The position numbers and the translations under genes are program-made. A model generated the notes under the pieces. That model worked only from the letters and a program-made list of their open reading frames with translations, did no database searches and was not told the origin of the DNA. A stretch of DNA of 64,000 nucleotides, from the NCBI RefSeq assembly GCF_028714975.1, contig NZ_JAQTLH010000005.1, forward strand, positions 53,957 through 117,956, written 5' to 3'. This DNA is from Sulfurimonas sp. GTDB taxonomy: Bacteria > Campylobacterota > Campylobacteria > Campylobacterales > Sulfurimonadaceae. Within the stretch, counting starts at the first letter, position 1. Each line of letters opens with the position of its first letter. Shown in pieces: positions 1 to 8,422 of this stretch.

Positions 1-177
1 TATAAAAATTGCAATCGTTACTTTATCGGTATTAAGTCTAGTAATTTGGTTCGACAAATTACAGCTCAGGATTATAACATTGTTTTAGAAGATAAAAGAA
101 GAGCCGAAGAGAGAACAAATGCGTTTTTGAATTCGGCTCAAAAGGTTAAAGAGCGTTTACAGTTAACGCTCTTTTAA
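1..177 (+). CDS. Partial CDS (C-terminal 58 aa; 5' end outside window), hypothetical
   Basis: Frame +1 is open from position 1 to TAA at 175-177 (YKNCNRYF...KERLQLTLF*). It is absent from the ORF track because it is truncated. No motif recognised. Confidence 0.3.
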   Translation, partial: YKNCNRYFIGIKSSNLVRQITAQDYNIVLEDKRRAEERTNAFLNSAQKVKERLQLTLF

Positions 178-241
178 ATTGTTCCCCCACTGGTTTAACA
201 AGGGGGGTTAAAAAGCCAAAATTTGCCAAAGGGTTTATTAA

Positions 242-1630
242 ATGGTCGAAACGATATCTCAACATGTTGACACTTTAAAGTTTCATTACTACACTTCACA
301 CGATTTAAGTGATGATGGATTTCATAATTACATAAAGTTTGTTGACAAAATGCTCTCTTTAAAAAAAGAGGCTCAAACTGCTAGAAATGATTATGAGGAT
401 ACAAAAGGTATTAATGCCGACATAGGTATTCATAAATTTAATGTTATGAGTTCATCTATAAGCGGATTTAGTGTTGTTATTTTAAATAATGATGTATCTA
501 TCGCATTTAAAAAGCCCAAAAGCATAATTTCGGCTAGTCCTATTATTAAAGTTGAGTTTAGAGCGGAATTTCTAGCACGAAAAGGCTATAAGAAAGCTAT
601 TGAGATAATAAACAGTTTTATAGGTTCTCATATTTTAGAGTCTTATAAAATAAAAATATCTGAAATACATTTAGCAAGTGATATACAAGGCTATAACTTT
701 TCACATTTAGATTTTTTTAGGATAAAAAGTCGTGCAAGAATAGCTCAAACACACGAAGAGGATGTTGACTTTTCTAAGGCTTGTGCATATGGTTCTTTAA
801 CAAGTTTTACGGGTTTTACATTCGGAGGCGGTAACTATCACTTGCGAGTTTACAATAAAACTGTAGAAATTAAAAAGAAAAAAGAAAAGGGTTTTGCAAA
901 AGTCTTGTTATGGGATGGCAAATCAAACTATGACGAAAATAAGACTGTTTGGCGTATTGAAATACAGATAAGAAGAGAGAAACTAAAAAGTATGATAGAT
1001 AGTAATCTTCATAGCTTGGATGATTATCAAACTATTCTAAACAACATACCGTCATTATGGGCAAAAGCTTTAACAGATTTTCGTTTTATGGACTTAGACG
1101 ATATGGCGGTTTTTGATGTCTTAAGAGGCAAACGAACTCTAAAAAATGGCACTGATAAGTTTTTAACTAAAAATGCTGTAAACAAGATATTTCAAAGAGC
1201 AGAGATTTTTAAATTCTGGCTTGATTTAAAAGTATGGAACTCGCATATGTATAAAGATATTTATACAGCTTTTCAAATGCCAAAAGGCGGCTCTATTGAT
1301 TATGTGTCAAATAGCATTAAGAGTTTATTTAGCACTATGGCAAAGCATTACGGCTCTATCTCAAAAGATACATTTATAAAAGCGTTTGAAGATAGTAACC
1401 GTAAAAATGTAGACGATAAAGGTTTTTCCATCATAGAGGGTTCAATCGTTAAATGCTTAGATTGGTTTGAAAAAATAGAGTATTGTGAAAGCCACGGCAT
1501 TTGTAATGTTCCTGATTATAAAGTGCTTGAACACGATATCTATAATACGCTTTTAGATGTTTCCGATAGCTTCTACCGAATAGAACTAAGCAAAGATTTA
1601 GAAGATAAATTACTAGAAAGGGTTTCGTAA
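242..1630 (+). CDS. Rolling-circle replication initiator-like protein (Rep_trans / phage gene-II-like)
   Basis: 462-aa ORF. 'LRVYNKTVEIKKKKEKG...WRIEIQIRREKL' resembles the YxK ... RxExxxR core I recall for Rep_trans-type initiators. 'EIHLASDIQG' is HUH-like. GC-clamped hairpins lie just upstream (148-174, 184-207). The assignment is by motif memory only. Confidence 0.55.
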   Translation: MVETISQHVDTLKFHYYTSHDLSDDGFHNYIKFVDKMLSLKKEAQTARNDYEDTKGINADIGIHKFNVMSSSISGFSVVILNNDVSIAFKKPKSIISASPIIKVEFRAEFLARKGYKKAIEIINSFIGSHILESYKIKISEIHLASDIQGYNFSHLDFFRIKSRARIAQTHEEDVDFSKACAYGSLTSFTGFTFGGGNYHLRVYNKTVEIKKKKEKGFAKVLLWDGKSNYDENKTVWRIEIQIRREKLKSMIDSNLHSLDDYQTILNNIPSLWAKALTDFRFMDLDDMAVFDVLRGKRTLKNGTDKFLTKNAVNKIFQRAEIFKFWLDLKVWNSHMYKDIYTAFQMPKGGSIDYVSNSIKSLFSTMAKHYGSISKDTFIKAFEDSNRKNVDDKGFSIIEGSIVKCLDWFEKIEYCESHGICNVPDYKVLEHDIYNTLLDVSDSFYRIELSKDLEDKLLERVS

Positions 1631-1809
1631 TGTGTATTTACACTGTTGATTTAGATAAATGTTTGATTTTAGAACATAGTTTTGATGTTGTAGAAAATGA
1701 GGGCTTATTTTTAGCTCAGTTAGATGATATGTTTAAAGATGGTTATTTTTTAACTCCTCAAGAGGCTTTAGCTTCTCTTTTGGAATACATATCCACTCTT
1801 TTTGATTGA
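1630..1809 (+). CDS. Small hypothetical protein (59 aa), translationally coupled to Rep
   Basis: Its ATG overlaps the Rep stop (TAATG at 1628-1632). Translation MCIYTVDLDKCLILEHSFDVVENEG...EYISTLFD*. It falls below the ORF-track length cut-off. Confidence 0.35.
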   Translation: MCIYTVDLDKCLILEHSFDVVENEGLFLAQLDDMFKDGYFLTPQEALASLLEYISTLFD

Positions 1810-1822
1810 GAGTATCTTAAAA

Positions 1823-2200
1823 ATGAAAGGTGTTATTAATTGGGATGAGGTTAAAAACTTTACTCTTGATGAGTTTGAATGTCGTTGCGGTTGTGGTTTT
1901 AACAATATTGACCGTGATTTAGTTTATAAGCTTGACGAAGCTCGTAATATTGCGGGTATTCCTTTTTTTATAAATTCTGCTTGTAGATGTTTGAAGCGTA
2001 ATATTTCTGAGGGTGGCGAGGAGTTATCAAGTCATTTGCAGGGTTTAGCCGTAGATATAAAAGTTCTCGGTTCTGCTCATAGATTTTTGATTTTAAAATC
2101 ATTGTTTGCTTTAGGGTTTGTTCGTATAGGTGTGTATAAAAATTTTATACATTGTGATTTAGATAAAACTAAACCTCAAAATGTGGTTTGGTACAAATAA
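1823..2200 (+). CDS. Peptidase M15 family (D-Ala-D-Ala carboxypeptidase-like cell-wall hydrolase, probable endolysin)
   Basis: The ORF track gives 1802-2200 from TTG. I prefer the ATG at 1823 (MKGVINWDEV...). Zn-ligand pattern 'SSHLQGLAVD' (H-x6-D) plus 'FIHCDLD', and 'FECRCGCG', are typical of phage Peptidase_M15-type proteins. Confidence 0.7.
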   Translation: MKGVINWDEVKNFTLDEFECRCGCGFNNIDRDLVYKLDEARNIAGIPFFINSACRCLKRNISEGGEELSSHLQGLAVDIKVLGSAHRFLILKSLFALGFVRIGVYKNFIHCDLDKTKPQNVVWYK

Positions 2201-2215
2201 AAGAAAGGTTTAAAA

Positions 2216-2527
2216 ATGAATGATTTACTAAAAATGTTAAAAGATGGCACGCTTTCAAATGTGCTCAGTAGTGTTGGTAAGGTTGCAAGTGTATTTAATC
2301 CTGCAATCGGTGGCGGTTTGATGTTGGCAAGTAATATTACCGACAATATTGCAGATATAGACGATGATTTTTTAGAAAATAAAGTTATTGGTTTGCAGGG
2401 TACCGCACTTCGTATAGACAAAATGGTAGAGAGTAAACAAGTTGATTACGACACATTAAAAATGTTGTCTGATAATTTAAAATCTATGTCTGTTTTTGCA
2501 CAAAAAACAGCTAAATTAATAGCATAA
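2216..2527 (+). CDS. Hypothetical protein, one weak hydrophobic segment (possible holin-like partner of the M15 peptidase)
   Basis: 103-aa ORF with an AAAGG RBS, immediately downstream of the peptidase. Segment 'VASVFNPAIGGGLMLASNI'. Function is inferred from position only. Confidence 0.45.
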   Translation: MNDLLKMLKDGTLSNVLSSVGKVASVFNPAIGGGLMLASNITDNIADIDDDFLENKVIGLQGTALRIDKMVESKQVDYDTLKMLSDNLKSMSVFAQKTAKLIA

Positions 2528-2537
2528 GGATAAAGAA

Positions 2538-3002
2538 ATGCCAATCGTTACACGCACAGAAAAAGGTACACCGTTAACACATGTTGAATTAGATAATAAT
2601 TTTAATGAGTTAGATAATAATCTAGCTTCTCTTTCTAGTCTTACTAAAAAGCTCGTTGGTTCTTTTACAGTTCCCGCTTCTGGTACTACTCCTATTTTTA
2701 AAATACCTTTTACTAAAGTACCTGATGGTAAGGGTATTGATTTTAAGTTTCATTTTTCTTACTTTTTTGATGGTGTTTATTATGAGTATGATAATGTTAT
2801 TTTGCTTAATGATTTTTATCGTATTTCTTACGGTGGTAGTGGAACTCCAACTATGACAACTACTGCTTCTAGTAGTGTTTTATCCGTTTCTAAAGTTGCT
2901 GATGGTTTTGAGATTAGAACAAATAGGACAAATGATATCCCTGTTACTGCACATTTTCAAGTTGAATATATTGCACCTTATGCTATTTTTGAACTTGCGT
3001 AA
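2538..3002 (+). CDS. Phage structural protein with tail-fibre-type N-terminus
   Basis: The N-terminus 'TRTEKGTPLTHVELDNNFNELDNNL' matches the (K/R)G.PLT..E.D.NF..L motif I recall at the start of many phage fibre/spike proteins. AAGGA RBS present. Confidence 0.5.
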   Translation: MPIVTRTEKGTPLTHVELDNNFNELDNNLASLSSLTKKLVGSFTVPASGTTPIFKIPFTKVPDGKGIDFKFHFSYFFDGVYYEYDNVILLNDFYRISYGGSGTPTMTTTASSSVLSVSKVADGFEIRTNRTNDIPVTAHFQVEYIAPYAIFELA

Positions 3003-3050
3003 TTTGATATAATTGTGTATTATTCTAAAATATTAAATAAGGTTGTATAA

Positions 3051-3620
3051 ATGGCTGAATATGTAGAAAATGGTTATTCCGAAAGTGGTTATGTTGAGGG
3101 CGATGAAGTTTCGTCCTCTACTCCTGTAGATTGTAATGTTGATTTAACTGCGGTTATGTCTAATATAGCTTTGCTTAAATCTCAAAATGCAGATATATTA
3201 TCAAAACTTGAGACTCTTTTAAACGGTGTTGCAACTAATAAAAGTTTATCTTTAGAGATAAATAATAAAGTTGTTTCATTGGCTTCTAATGTTGCAAATA
3301 TTAATATTCCTGATGTCGATTTGTCAAATATTGTCACAAAAGATTTCTTTATGGCTAAAATACCTTTTGCGAATGATAAGCATTTGGATGTTTATCCAAA
3401 TGGTACTGTAGTAAAGGTTAGATATTTGCCTGCAATATATACTGTTTATAGTTCTCATTTCGTGCCTGTTCCTAACGAGTATCATAAATTTAGCTTGATA
3501 TATACTGTTCATAAAAACATTAACGGTCAAGACTATTATTCTGATTATCATAGTAGTGATGTTATTAATATAAATCAAGAAGAGTGGGTTTATAGTCCTA
3601 CCCCTGAAATTGTTGGTTAA
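3051..3620 (+). CDS. Hypothetical phage structural-like protein
   Basis: 189-aa ORF. 'YVENGYSESGYVEGDE' is an acidic Tyr/Gly repeat N-terminus of the kind seen in phage fibre-associated proteins. Co-oriented and closely spaced with its neighbours. Confidence 0.45.
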   Translation: MAEYVENGYSESGYVEGDEVSSSTPVDCNVDLTAVMSNIALLKSQNADILSKLETLLNGVATNKSLSLEINNKVVSLASNVANINIPDVDLSNIVTKDFFMAKIPFANDKHLDVYPNGTVVKVRYLPAIYTVYSSHFVPVPNEYHKFSLIYTVHKNINGQDYYSDYHSSDVININQEEWVYSPTPEIVG

Positions 3621-3622
3621 TA

Positions 3623-4870
3623 ATGGGTGCTTTAAAAGCTGTTAATTCAAGTAACGGTTTACAATCTAAGTTTGATAAATATTTAGATGGTGTTAAGATT
3701 GAAAATAAAGAGTCTGCTATAAGCGTTAATACTGCTTTAAAAGATAGTAAAACATATCAATCTTCAGTCAATAGCGGTGCTTCATTCGGTTTTAATGATA
3801 TTGTAAATGCAGGTGTCGGTGCTACTGTTGCCGGTGCTGTTGCTCAACCTGTTTTAGATTGGATTAAAAAGAAGTATGACGAAAAAGCAAAAGAATTAGG
3901 TGTCGGTAAATATGCGGATACTTCTAAATCTTCTGGTGCTAGTTCAAATAATTCAAATAATTCAAATGGTTCAAGTTCTGAAACTTCGTCTGCTCCATCT
4001 GCTCCTGCTTCTCCTAGCGGTGCAAGTGGTTTATCTCCTGCTAGCTCTGCTTCAAATACTTCTCTTATTGATGTATTAAAAACATCTTCAAATAATGTCG
4101 GTTCTGTTGCTGAAGTTGTTTTATATTCTAATTCTCAAATCGTTGCTTCTCTTGAAAAATTAAATATTTCTTTTGAAAAAATGAGAGAGGTTATTGTCTT
4201 GAACGGCGAGGTTCAGCAGGCTTATAATGATGTTAATTTGCAAATGTCCCAAACTGTTCACGATGTTGAAGTCGCTTATAAAGAGCAGGGTTTGACAAAT
4301 CACACTGAGCTTATGAATAAATTAGAAGAGGTTGTAAGTAAGGGTGTTCAGCTTGATACCGTCAAGGCTGACTTAAATGCTCGTATGACTGCAATAGATA
4401 ATGTTAATAATCTTTTAAAATCTGATTTAGAACATTTACAAAAGGAAGTGGCTTCTAATCCTGAAACAACCAAATTTAAAGAAGATTTACTTTTAAAACT
4501 TGGCGATTTAGGTGTTACTATAAAAAGAAGTGAAAATGAAGTAGCCTTAACTGATAAAAAACTTGAAAAAGTGAATTATGAATTAACCCCTACTTCTTTT
4601 TCAGATATTCACGGAAACGATACTATAACCGCTTCTCCTCTTGAGCTTGCAACTATGAAAAATATAGGTGTTGCGACTTCTACTGCTTTGGAAAATTCAA
4701 CCACTGCGGATGAATTAGGTTTGGACGATTTTAACGATAGTCTTGATTTTTCCGCTACTGATTTGTTTAAAATATTTAAGTTTAACGGCATTGCTGACAA
4801 TTTAGCCGCTATTGCAAATATCAATGAAGATAGCTTTGCTTCTCATATTCCAAATGTCGATTTAAAGTGA
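3623..4870 (+). CDS. Ser/Asn-rich linker plus coiled-coil protein (spike / adsorption or tape-measure-like)
   Basis: 415 aa. Hydrophobic Gly/Ala segment 'NAGVGATVAGAVAQPVL', low-complexity 'SSGASSNNSNNSNGSSSETSSAPSAPASPSGASGLSPASSASN', then a long heptad-like region. The start lies 2 nt after the previous stop. Confidence 0.5.
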   Translation: MGALKAVNSSNGLQSKFDKYLDGVKIENKESAISVNTALKDSKTYQSSVNSGASFGFNDIVNAGVGATVAGAVAQPVLDWIKKKYDEKAKELGVGKYADTSKSSGASSNNSNNSNGSSSETSSAPSAPASPSGASGLSPASSASNTSLIDVLKTSSNNVGSVAEVVLYSNSQIVASLEKLNISFEKMREVIVLNGEVQQAYNDVNLQMSQTVHDVEVAYKEQGLTNHTELMNKLEEVVSKGVQLDTVKADLNARMTAIDNVNNLLKSDLEHLQKEVASNPETTKFKEDLLLKLGDLGVTIKRSENEVALTDKKLEKVNYELTPTSFSDIHGNDTITASPLELATMKNIGVATSTALENSTTADELGLDDFNDSLDFSATDLFKIFKFNGIADNLAAIANINEDSFASHIPNVDLK

Positions 4871-4891
4871 TTTGTTCAATTTATATTATAT

Positions 4892-5006
4892 AAAATTCAA
4901 CACTTTTTAAAAAAGTGTGAGTTTTATCTTCTGCAACTCCCATAAATACGATTTTAAAAAAAGAAAATTTCACACTCTGTAAAATAAACAAAAATCCCGC
5001 ACTATT
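4892..5006 (+). repeat. Copy A of a ~115-bp duplicated promoter-like module
   Basis: Shares these blocks with 7279-7394: 'AAAATTCAACACTTTTTAAAAAA', 'AACTCCC.TAA.TACGA', 'ATTTCACACTCTGTAAAATA', 'AAAAATCCCGCACTATT'. Contains a CTGTAAAAT -10-like box and the palindrome ACACTTTTTAAAAAAGTGT. Ends 32 nt upstream of the ATG at 5038. Confidence 0.7.
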
Positions 5007-5037
5007 TCAATATTAAATAAATAGTTTGGTGGTATAT

Positions 5038-5787
5038 ATGGCACTCGGTCAAATAGGTAAAAATTCCGCTTCTGAATTTTTTGAAACTATAATATATATG
5101 ACTGCTTATTCTGAGGCTCAAAAACAAATACATCATTATACAGAGAGTATTGAAAACCCTATTTTACGCGAAGCTACTGAGAGTGCTATGAATGTTGCGG
5201 TTTTCGGTGGTATTTTTATGATTATTAGATATGAAGAAGCAATTTTAGAAAAAGCTTTTGTTGTTGCTTCTGGTCTTGTTACTGTTTTGATGGGTGTAGG
5301 TAAGAAAGCAGTTGATAAATTAAAAAATGCAACTTTTAGAGGTAAAAAACTCGGGATTTTATCAAAAATTCTTGGTAATATTTCCGATGATGGTGTCGCA
5401 AAAGCTCAGGTTGTTACTACTCAATTGGGTAATTTTATGACTTCACGAAATAATCAGTATCAATCTGGTAATTTAATAGATAGCACTTTAAAAGTTCGTG
5501 AGAATGTTGTTGAAAAAGAAAGAAGTTCTTTAATGCTTGGTTCTTCGATGGCTGATAATTATGTAAATAGTCTTATGTTTAAGCTTATGACTTCTTCCTT
5601 TACTCCGAACGATGAAACAATGATTAAAAAAATATTAGGTCGTGACGCTACTACAACTTTAAATGTTGATGATATGAATAAAATAGGCTCTTTTATGTTC
5701 ACTAAAGATAGCACGGGGCATATTACGGGATTAACTGAACAGTTTTTTAGTTTGGTTAACGGTTTAGGTTATTTACATAATAAATAA
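5038..5787 (+). CDS. Hypothetical membrane protein
   Basis: The ORF track gives 5026-5787 from TTG; the ATG at 5038 is preferred. Hydrophobic helices 'VAVFGGIFMIIRY' and 'AFVVASGLVTVLMGVG'. Confidence 0.5.
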   Translation: MALGQIGKNSASEFFETIIYMTAYSEAQKQIHHYTESIENPILREATESAMNVAVFGGIFMIIRYEEAILEKAFVVASGLVTVLMGVGKKAVDKLKNATFRGKKLGILSKILGNISDDGVAKAQVVTTQLGNFMTSRNNQYQSGNLIDSTLKVRENVVEKERSSLMLGSSMADNYVNSLMFKLMTSSFTPNDETMIKKILGRDATTTLNVDDMNKIGSFMFTKDSTGHITGLTEQFFSLVNGLGYLHNK

Positions 5788-5800
5788 AAAGGGGTAAAAA

Positions 5801-5932
5801 ATGGCTATAAACTGTGAAACTGTAGCGGCTGAAGAGTTAAAAAGATTAAGAGATATTCAGCGACTTCTTCAAGCTCTCTATAAAATCATAAACGGTTCTT
5901 TGGATGGTGTTAATTTGGAAGAGACTTTATGA
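5801..5932 (+). CDS. Small hypothetical protein (43 aa)
   Basis: Strong RBS AAAGGGGTAAAAAATG. Translation MAINCETVAAEELKRLRDIQRLLQALYKIINGSLDGVNLEETL*. Its stop is 1 nt before the next ATG (TGAAATG). Confidence 0.35.
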   Translation: MAINCETVAAEELKRLRDIQRLLQALYKIINGSLDGVNLEETL

Positions 5933-5933
5933 A

Positions 5934-6374
5934 ATGATTTCTGTTTTTAAAGGTTGTTGTTGTTCTGATTGTCCTGAACCTTTTGCTTTCCCTTTTAGTC
6001 AGTATTATCGTCAAAATTTAATTCATGTTCTCTACGGTTCTCGTTTTCATTCTGACTCTGATTATGGTGTTGCCGTTTATGGTTTTAATAATAAAGTTTT
6101 GTTTAGTAAAATTTATCCTTTTGGTTGTGATATTGAAAATATAATGCTTTCTTTGGCTTCTGAATATTTGCCTTCTCAGATTGATTTATATAATTCATTT
6201 TTTCCGCCTATTACTAAAACTTTTTTTTATGAAGATGATAATTGTGTAGTTTATAATTTTAGGGAAGTTGAAACAACTCCTGTCGAACTTGATGATGTTT
6301 TAAATTTTTCTTATGATGTGATATATTTTTTACATAATCGTGTTCGTGATGGTCGTATAGTTGATGTTAAATAA
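5934..6374 (+). CDS. Hypothetical protein with Cys-rich N-terminus
   Basis: The ORF track gives 5904-6374. The ATG at 5934 (MISVFKGCCCSDCPEPF...) avoids overlap with the 43-aa ORF. Confidence 0.45.
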   Translation: MISVFKGCCCSDCPEPFAFPFSQYYRQNLIHVLYGSRFHSDSDYGVAVYGFNNKVLFSKIYPFGCDIENIMLSLASEYLPSQIDLYNSFFPPITKTFFYEDDNCVVYNFREVETTPVELDDVLNFSYDVIYFLHNRVRDGRIVDVK

Positions 6375-6388
6375 TAAAGGATAAAAAA

Positions 6389-6751
6389 ATGCCACGATAC
6401 AAAGTCCAATTAAAACAAGGCTCCCGAACTATAGTAGAACATATTGAATGTTCCAATGTTGAAAATGTATTAGCTTTTTATCAATCTGTTTCAACTATGA
6501 AAATAACAGAGATTTTAAAAGTAGAATACGAACTGCCTGCTTCTGCTGTGATACCTCCTGATGATTTTCAATACCGTTCTATCTATAAAGGATTGATAAA
6601 AGATACAGCGACAAATAAATCTAGACAAATCATATTGCATAATATTAAATTATCTGTTAGTGAAAATGATATAGTTCCTCTTATAAGAACACATATGAAA
6701 ATTGATGGTGCTTCTGTAGATAGCATTTATTGTTCACTTTTCAAAAGGTAG
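6389..6751 (+). CDS. Hypothetical protein, paralog family member 1
   Basis: 120 aa with an AAAGGA RBS. The C-terminal 'TNKSRQIILHNIKLSVSENDIVPLIRTHMKIDGASVDSIY' aligns by eye with ORFs 7446-7799 and 7805-8143. Confidence 0.5.
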   Translation: MPRYKVQLKQGSRTIVEHIECSNVENVLAFYQSVSTMKITEILKVEYELPASAVIPPDDFQYRSIYKGLIKDTATNKSRQIILHNIKLSVSENDIVPLIRTHMKIDGASVDSIYCSLFKR

Positions 6752-6754
6752 AAA

Positions 6755-6997
6755 ATGGCTATAACTAGAACTGAAGTTCAAAATTATTTTACATATTTTG
6801 ATATCCTTATAGATACTGACGGTAAAAGATTAAACTGTTTTAAATGTGGTAAAGATTTGAAATATATTTCAACTACAGTCGGTTACAGATGTATAAATAG
6901 TCACTCATATACTTTTGTAAATATGCTCAACACTCACGCTGAATTTATTTCTTCTTTGATAAGCAATCTTGCAGATAAAAAAGTTTGTGAAGCTTGA
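6755..6997 (+). CDS. Small Zn-ribbon-like hypothetical protein
   Basis: 80 aa. 'CFKCGKDL...YRCINSH' suggests a CxxC...CxxxH-type ribbon. The start lies 3 nt after the previous stop. Confidence 0.4.
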   Translation: MAITRTEVQNYFTYFDILIDTDGKRLNCFKCGKDLKYISTTVGYRCINSHSYTFVNMLNTHAEFISSLISNLADKKVCEA

Positions 6998-7117
6998 TAG
7001 GGTGGCGAACCCTTAATAAACCTCTCTCTTTATTTTAAAGAAAAAAAATAAAGCCGCGTAGACAAAATCAAAATATTCATTTCTTTAGCATAGAAAAGTG
7101 CTACAACTCAAAAAAAA

Positions 7118-7156
7118 AGGGCTTTCGGGGATTTTATCCCTGAAATAGCCCTTTTT
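7118..7156 (+). terminator. Rho-independent terminator (A-tract / stem-loop / T-tract, potentially bidirectional)
   Basis: AAAAAAAAGGGCT-TTCGGGGATTTTATCCCTGAAAT-AGCCCTTTTT. The outer stem is GGGCT/AGCCC, the inner stem is GGGGA/TCCCT, and TTTT follows. Confidence 0.6.
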
Positions 7157-7278
7157 CAAAAGCACAAATTATAAGCGAATTTTTAAGTGTTATCTAAAGC
7201 CCCGTTATAGCGTAGCGATAGGGGTAACAAGCGATTAGCGCGTTAGGGATTATAGAAAAATAACAGATTTCAAGAGGT

Positions 7279-7394
7279 AAAATTCAACACTTTTTAAAAA
7301 ACCGTGAAACGAACCCCTTTAAAACTCCCTAATATACGAACTTAAAAAATATTTATTTCACACTCTGTAAAATATTTAAAAATCCCGCACTATT
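7279..7394 (+). repeat. Copy B of the ~115-bp duplicated promoter-like module
   Basis: Has the same conserved blocks as 4892-5006, about 80% identical by eye. Ends 52 nt upstream of the ATG at 7446. Confidence 0.7.
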
Positions 7395-7445
7395 GCACTA
7401 TCTAAGAAGTAAAAAACCTTAGAAATAAAACAAAAGGTCGGATTT

Positions 7446-7799
7446 ATGATTAAGCAAATTATAAATGGCAAAAACATAAAAACTGTTACTGCTAATATGT
7501 CAACGGCTGACGCTACTACTTTGAGTGCAATACTCGTTGGTAAGCTTCAAACTTGGAAATTAGAGTCAGAGGGCGGGACTGCTATAACTGTAGCAACTCC
7601 AAATTACATCCGTTTCGCTGTAGGAAAAAAAGGTATCTCGAACCGTCAATCTACGAGCGTATTTGTACCGCATATGAAAAATACAAAAACTCTTAAGGAT
7701 ATAGAGAGTGTTGTTATTGGTAATTGGGACGCGGATTTTCAAACTACTTCAAAATGTGAATATTGTATCGCCGTTGGCGCTTCAAGTAAAGGAATTTAA
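7446..7799 (+). CDS. Hypothetical protein, paralog family member 2
   Basis: 117 aa. 'SNRQSTSVFVPHMKNTKTLKDIESVV' aligns with 'TNKSRQIILHNIKLSVSENDIVPLI' of ORF 6389-6751. Confidence 0.5.
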   Translation: MIKQIINGKNIKTVTANMSTADATTLSAILVGKLQTWKLESEGGTAITVATPNYIRFAVGKKGISNRQSTSVFVPHMKNTKTLKDIESVVIGNWDADFQTTSKCEYCIAVGASSKGI

Positions 7800-7804
7800 A
7801 AAAA

Positions 7805-8143
7805 ATGAAAACTATGGTAATCAACCGTGTAAGCGGTAAAAACAATACTATTTATGTTCCTACGGACGCGACAAATGCTCAATCTTTCGCAACTACTTTT
7901 CTTGAGGGCGAGTATCAAGTTTTAAGCTTTGTTGGCGAAGCTGGTAATGATGTTGTAACTACTTGTTATGATTGTAATGTAATGGTAAAAAACACTACAA
8001 CGGGCTTAAAAGCTTATTTAAGTTTCTTAGCTGCTTCTAATAAAACGGAAGAGGATATCTTTACAGCTTTAAAAGGTCTTACAATCAACGGTGTTCATGT
8101 TGATGAAATCTATATGATTTCTATGAAAAAAGTTACTTTCTAA
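7805..8143 (+). CDS. Hypothetical protein, paralog family member 3
   Basis: 112 aa. 'KNTTTGLKAYLSFLAASNKTEEDIFTALKGLTINGVHVDEIY' aligns with the C-terminus of ORF 6389-6751. Confidence 0.5.
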   Translation: MKTMVINRVSGKNNTIYVPTDATNAQSFATTFLEGEYQVLSFVGEAGNDVVTTCYDCNVMVKNTTTGLKAYLSFLAASNKTEEDIFTALKGLTINGVHVDEIYMISMKKVTF

Positions 8144-8153
8144 GTCTGTTAAT

Positions 8154-8375
8154 ATGACAATAGAAATTTACGCTATTCTTGCGGGGTTGACATTGACATT
8201 TTTGACTTCATTGCTTTCTATTAGCTCTCGTTTCGTGAGATTGGAAAGTGATGTTAAAGTTTTAAAAGATGAAATTGAAGATTTCGGAACTTTAAAAGAT
8301 ATGATTTATCGTATCCACGCTCAAAATGATGTTCTTTTACAAATGAGAACAACTCATAATCAGTCGCAAAACTAA
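8154..8375 (+). CDS. Small single-pass membrane protein with coiled-coil tail
   Basis: 73 aa. TM segment 'IYAILAGLTLTFLTSLLSI' followed by a charged helix. It is the last ORF of the phage-like block. Confidence 0.45.
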   Translation: MTIEIYAILAGLTLTFLTSLLSISSRFVRLESDVKVLKDEIEDFGTLKDMIYRIHAQNDVLLQMRTTHNQSQN

Positions 8376-8390
8376 TTTCTCCTTTTTAAA

Positions 8391-8422
8391 TCTCATAAAT
8401 GCCCTTAAAAGCACTTATGAGA
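8391..8422 (+). terminator. Stem-loop at the right end of the phage-like block (terminator or boundary hairpin)
   Basis: TCTCATAAATGC-CCTTAAAA-GCACTTATGAGA, with 11 of 12 positions paired. There is no strong T-tract, so terminator function is uncertain. Confidence 0.35.
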
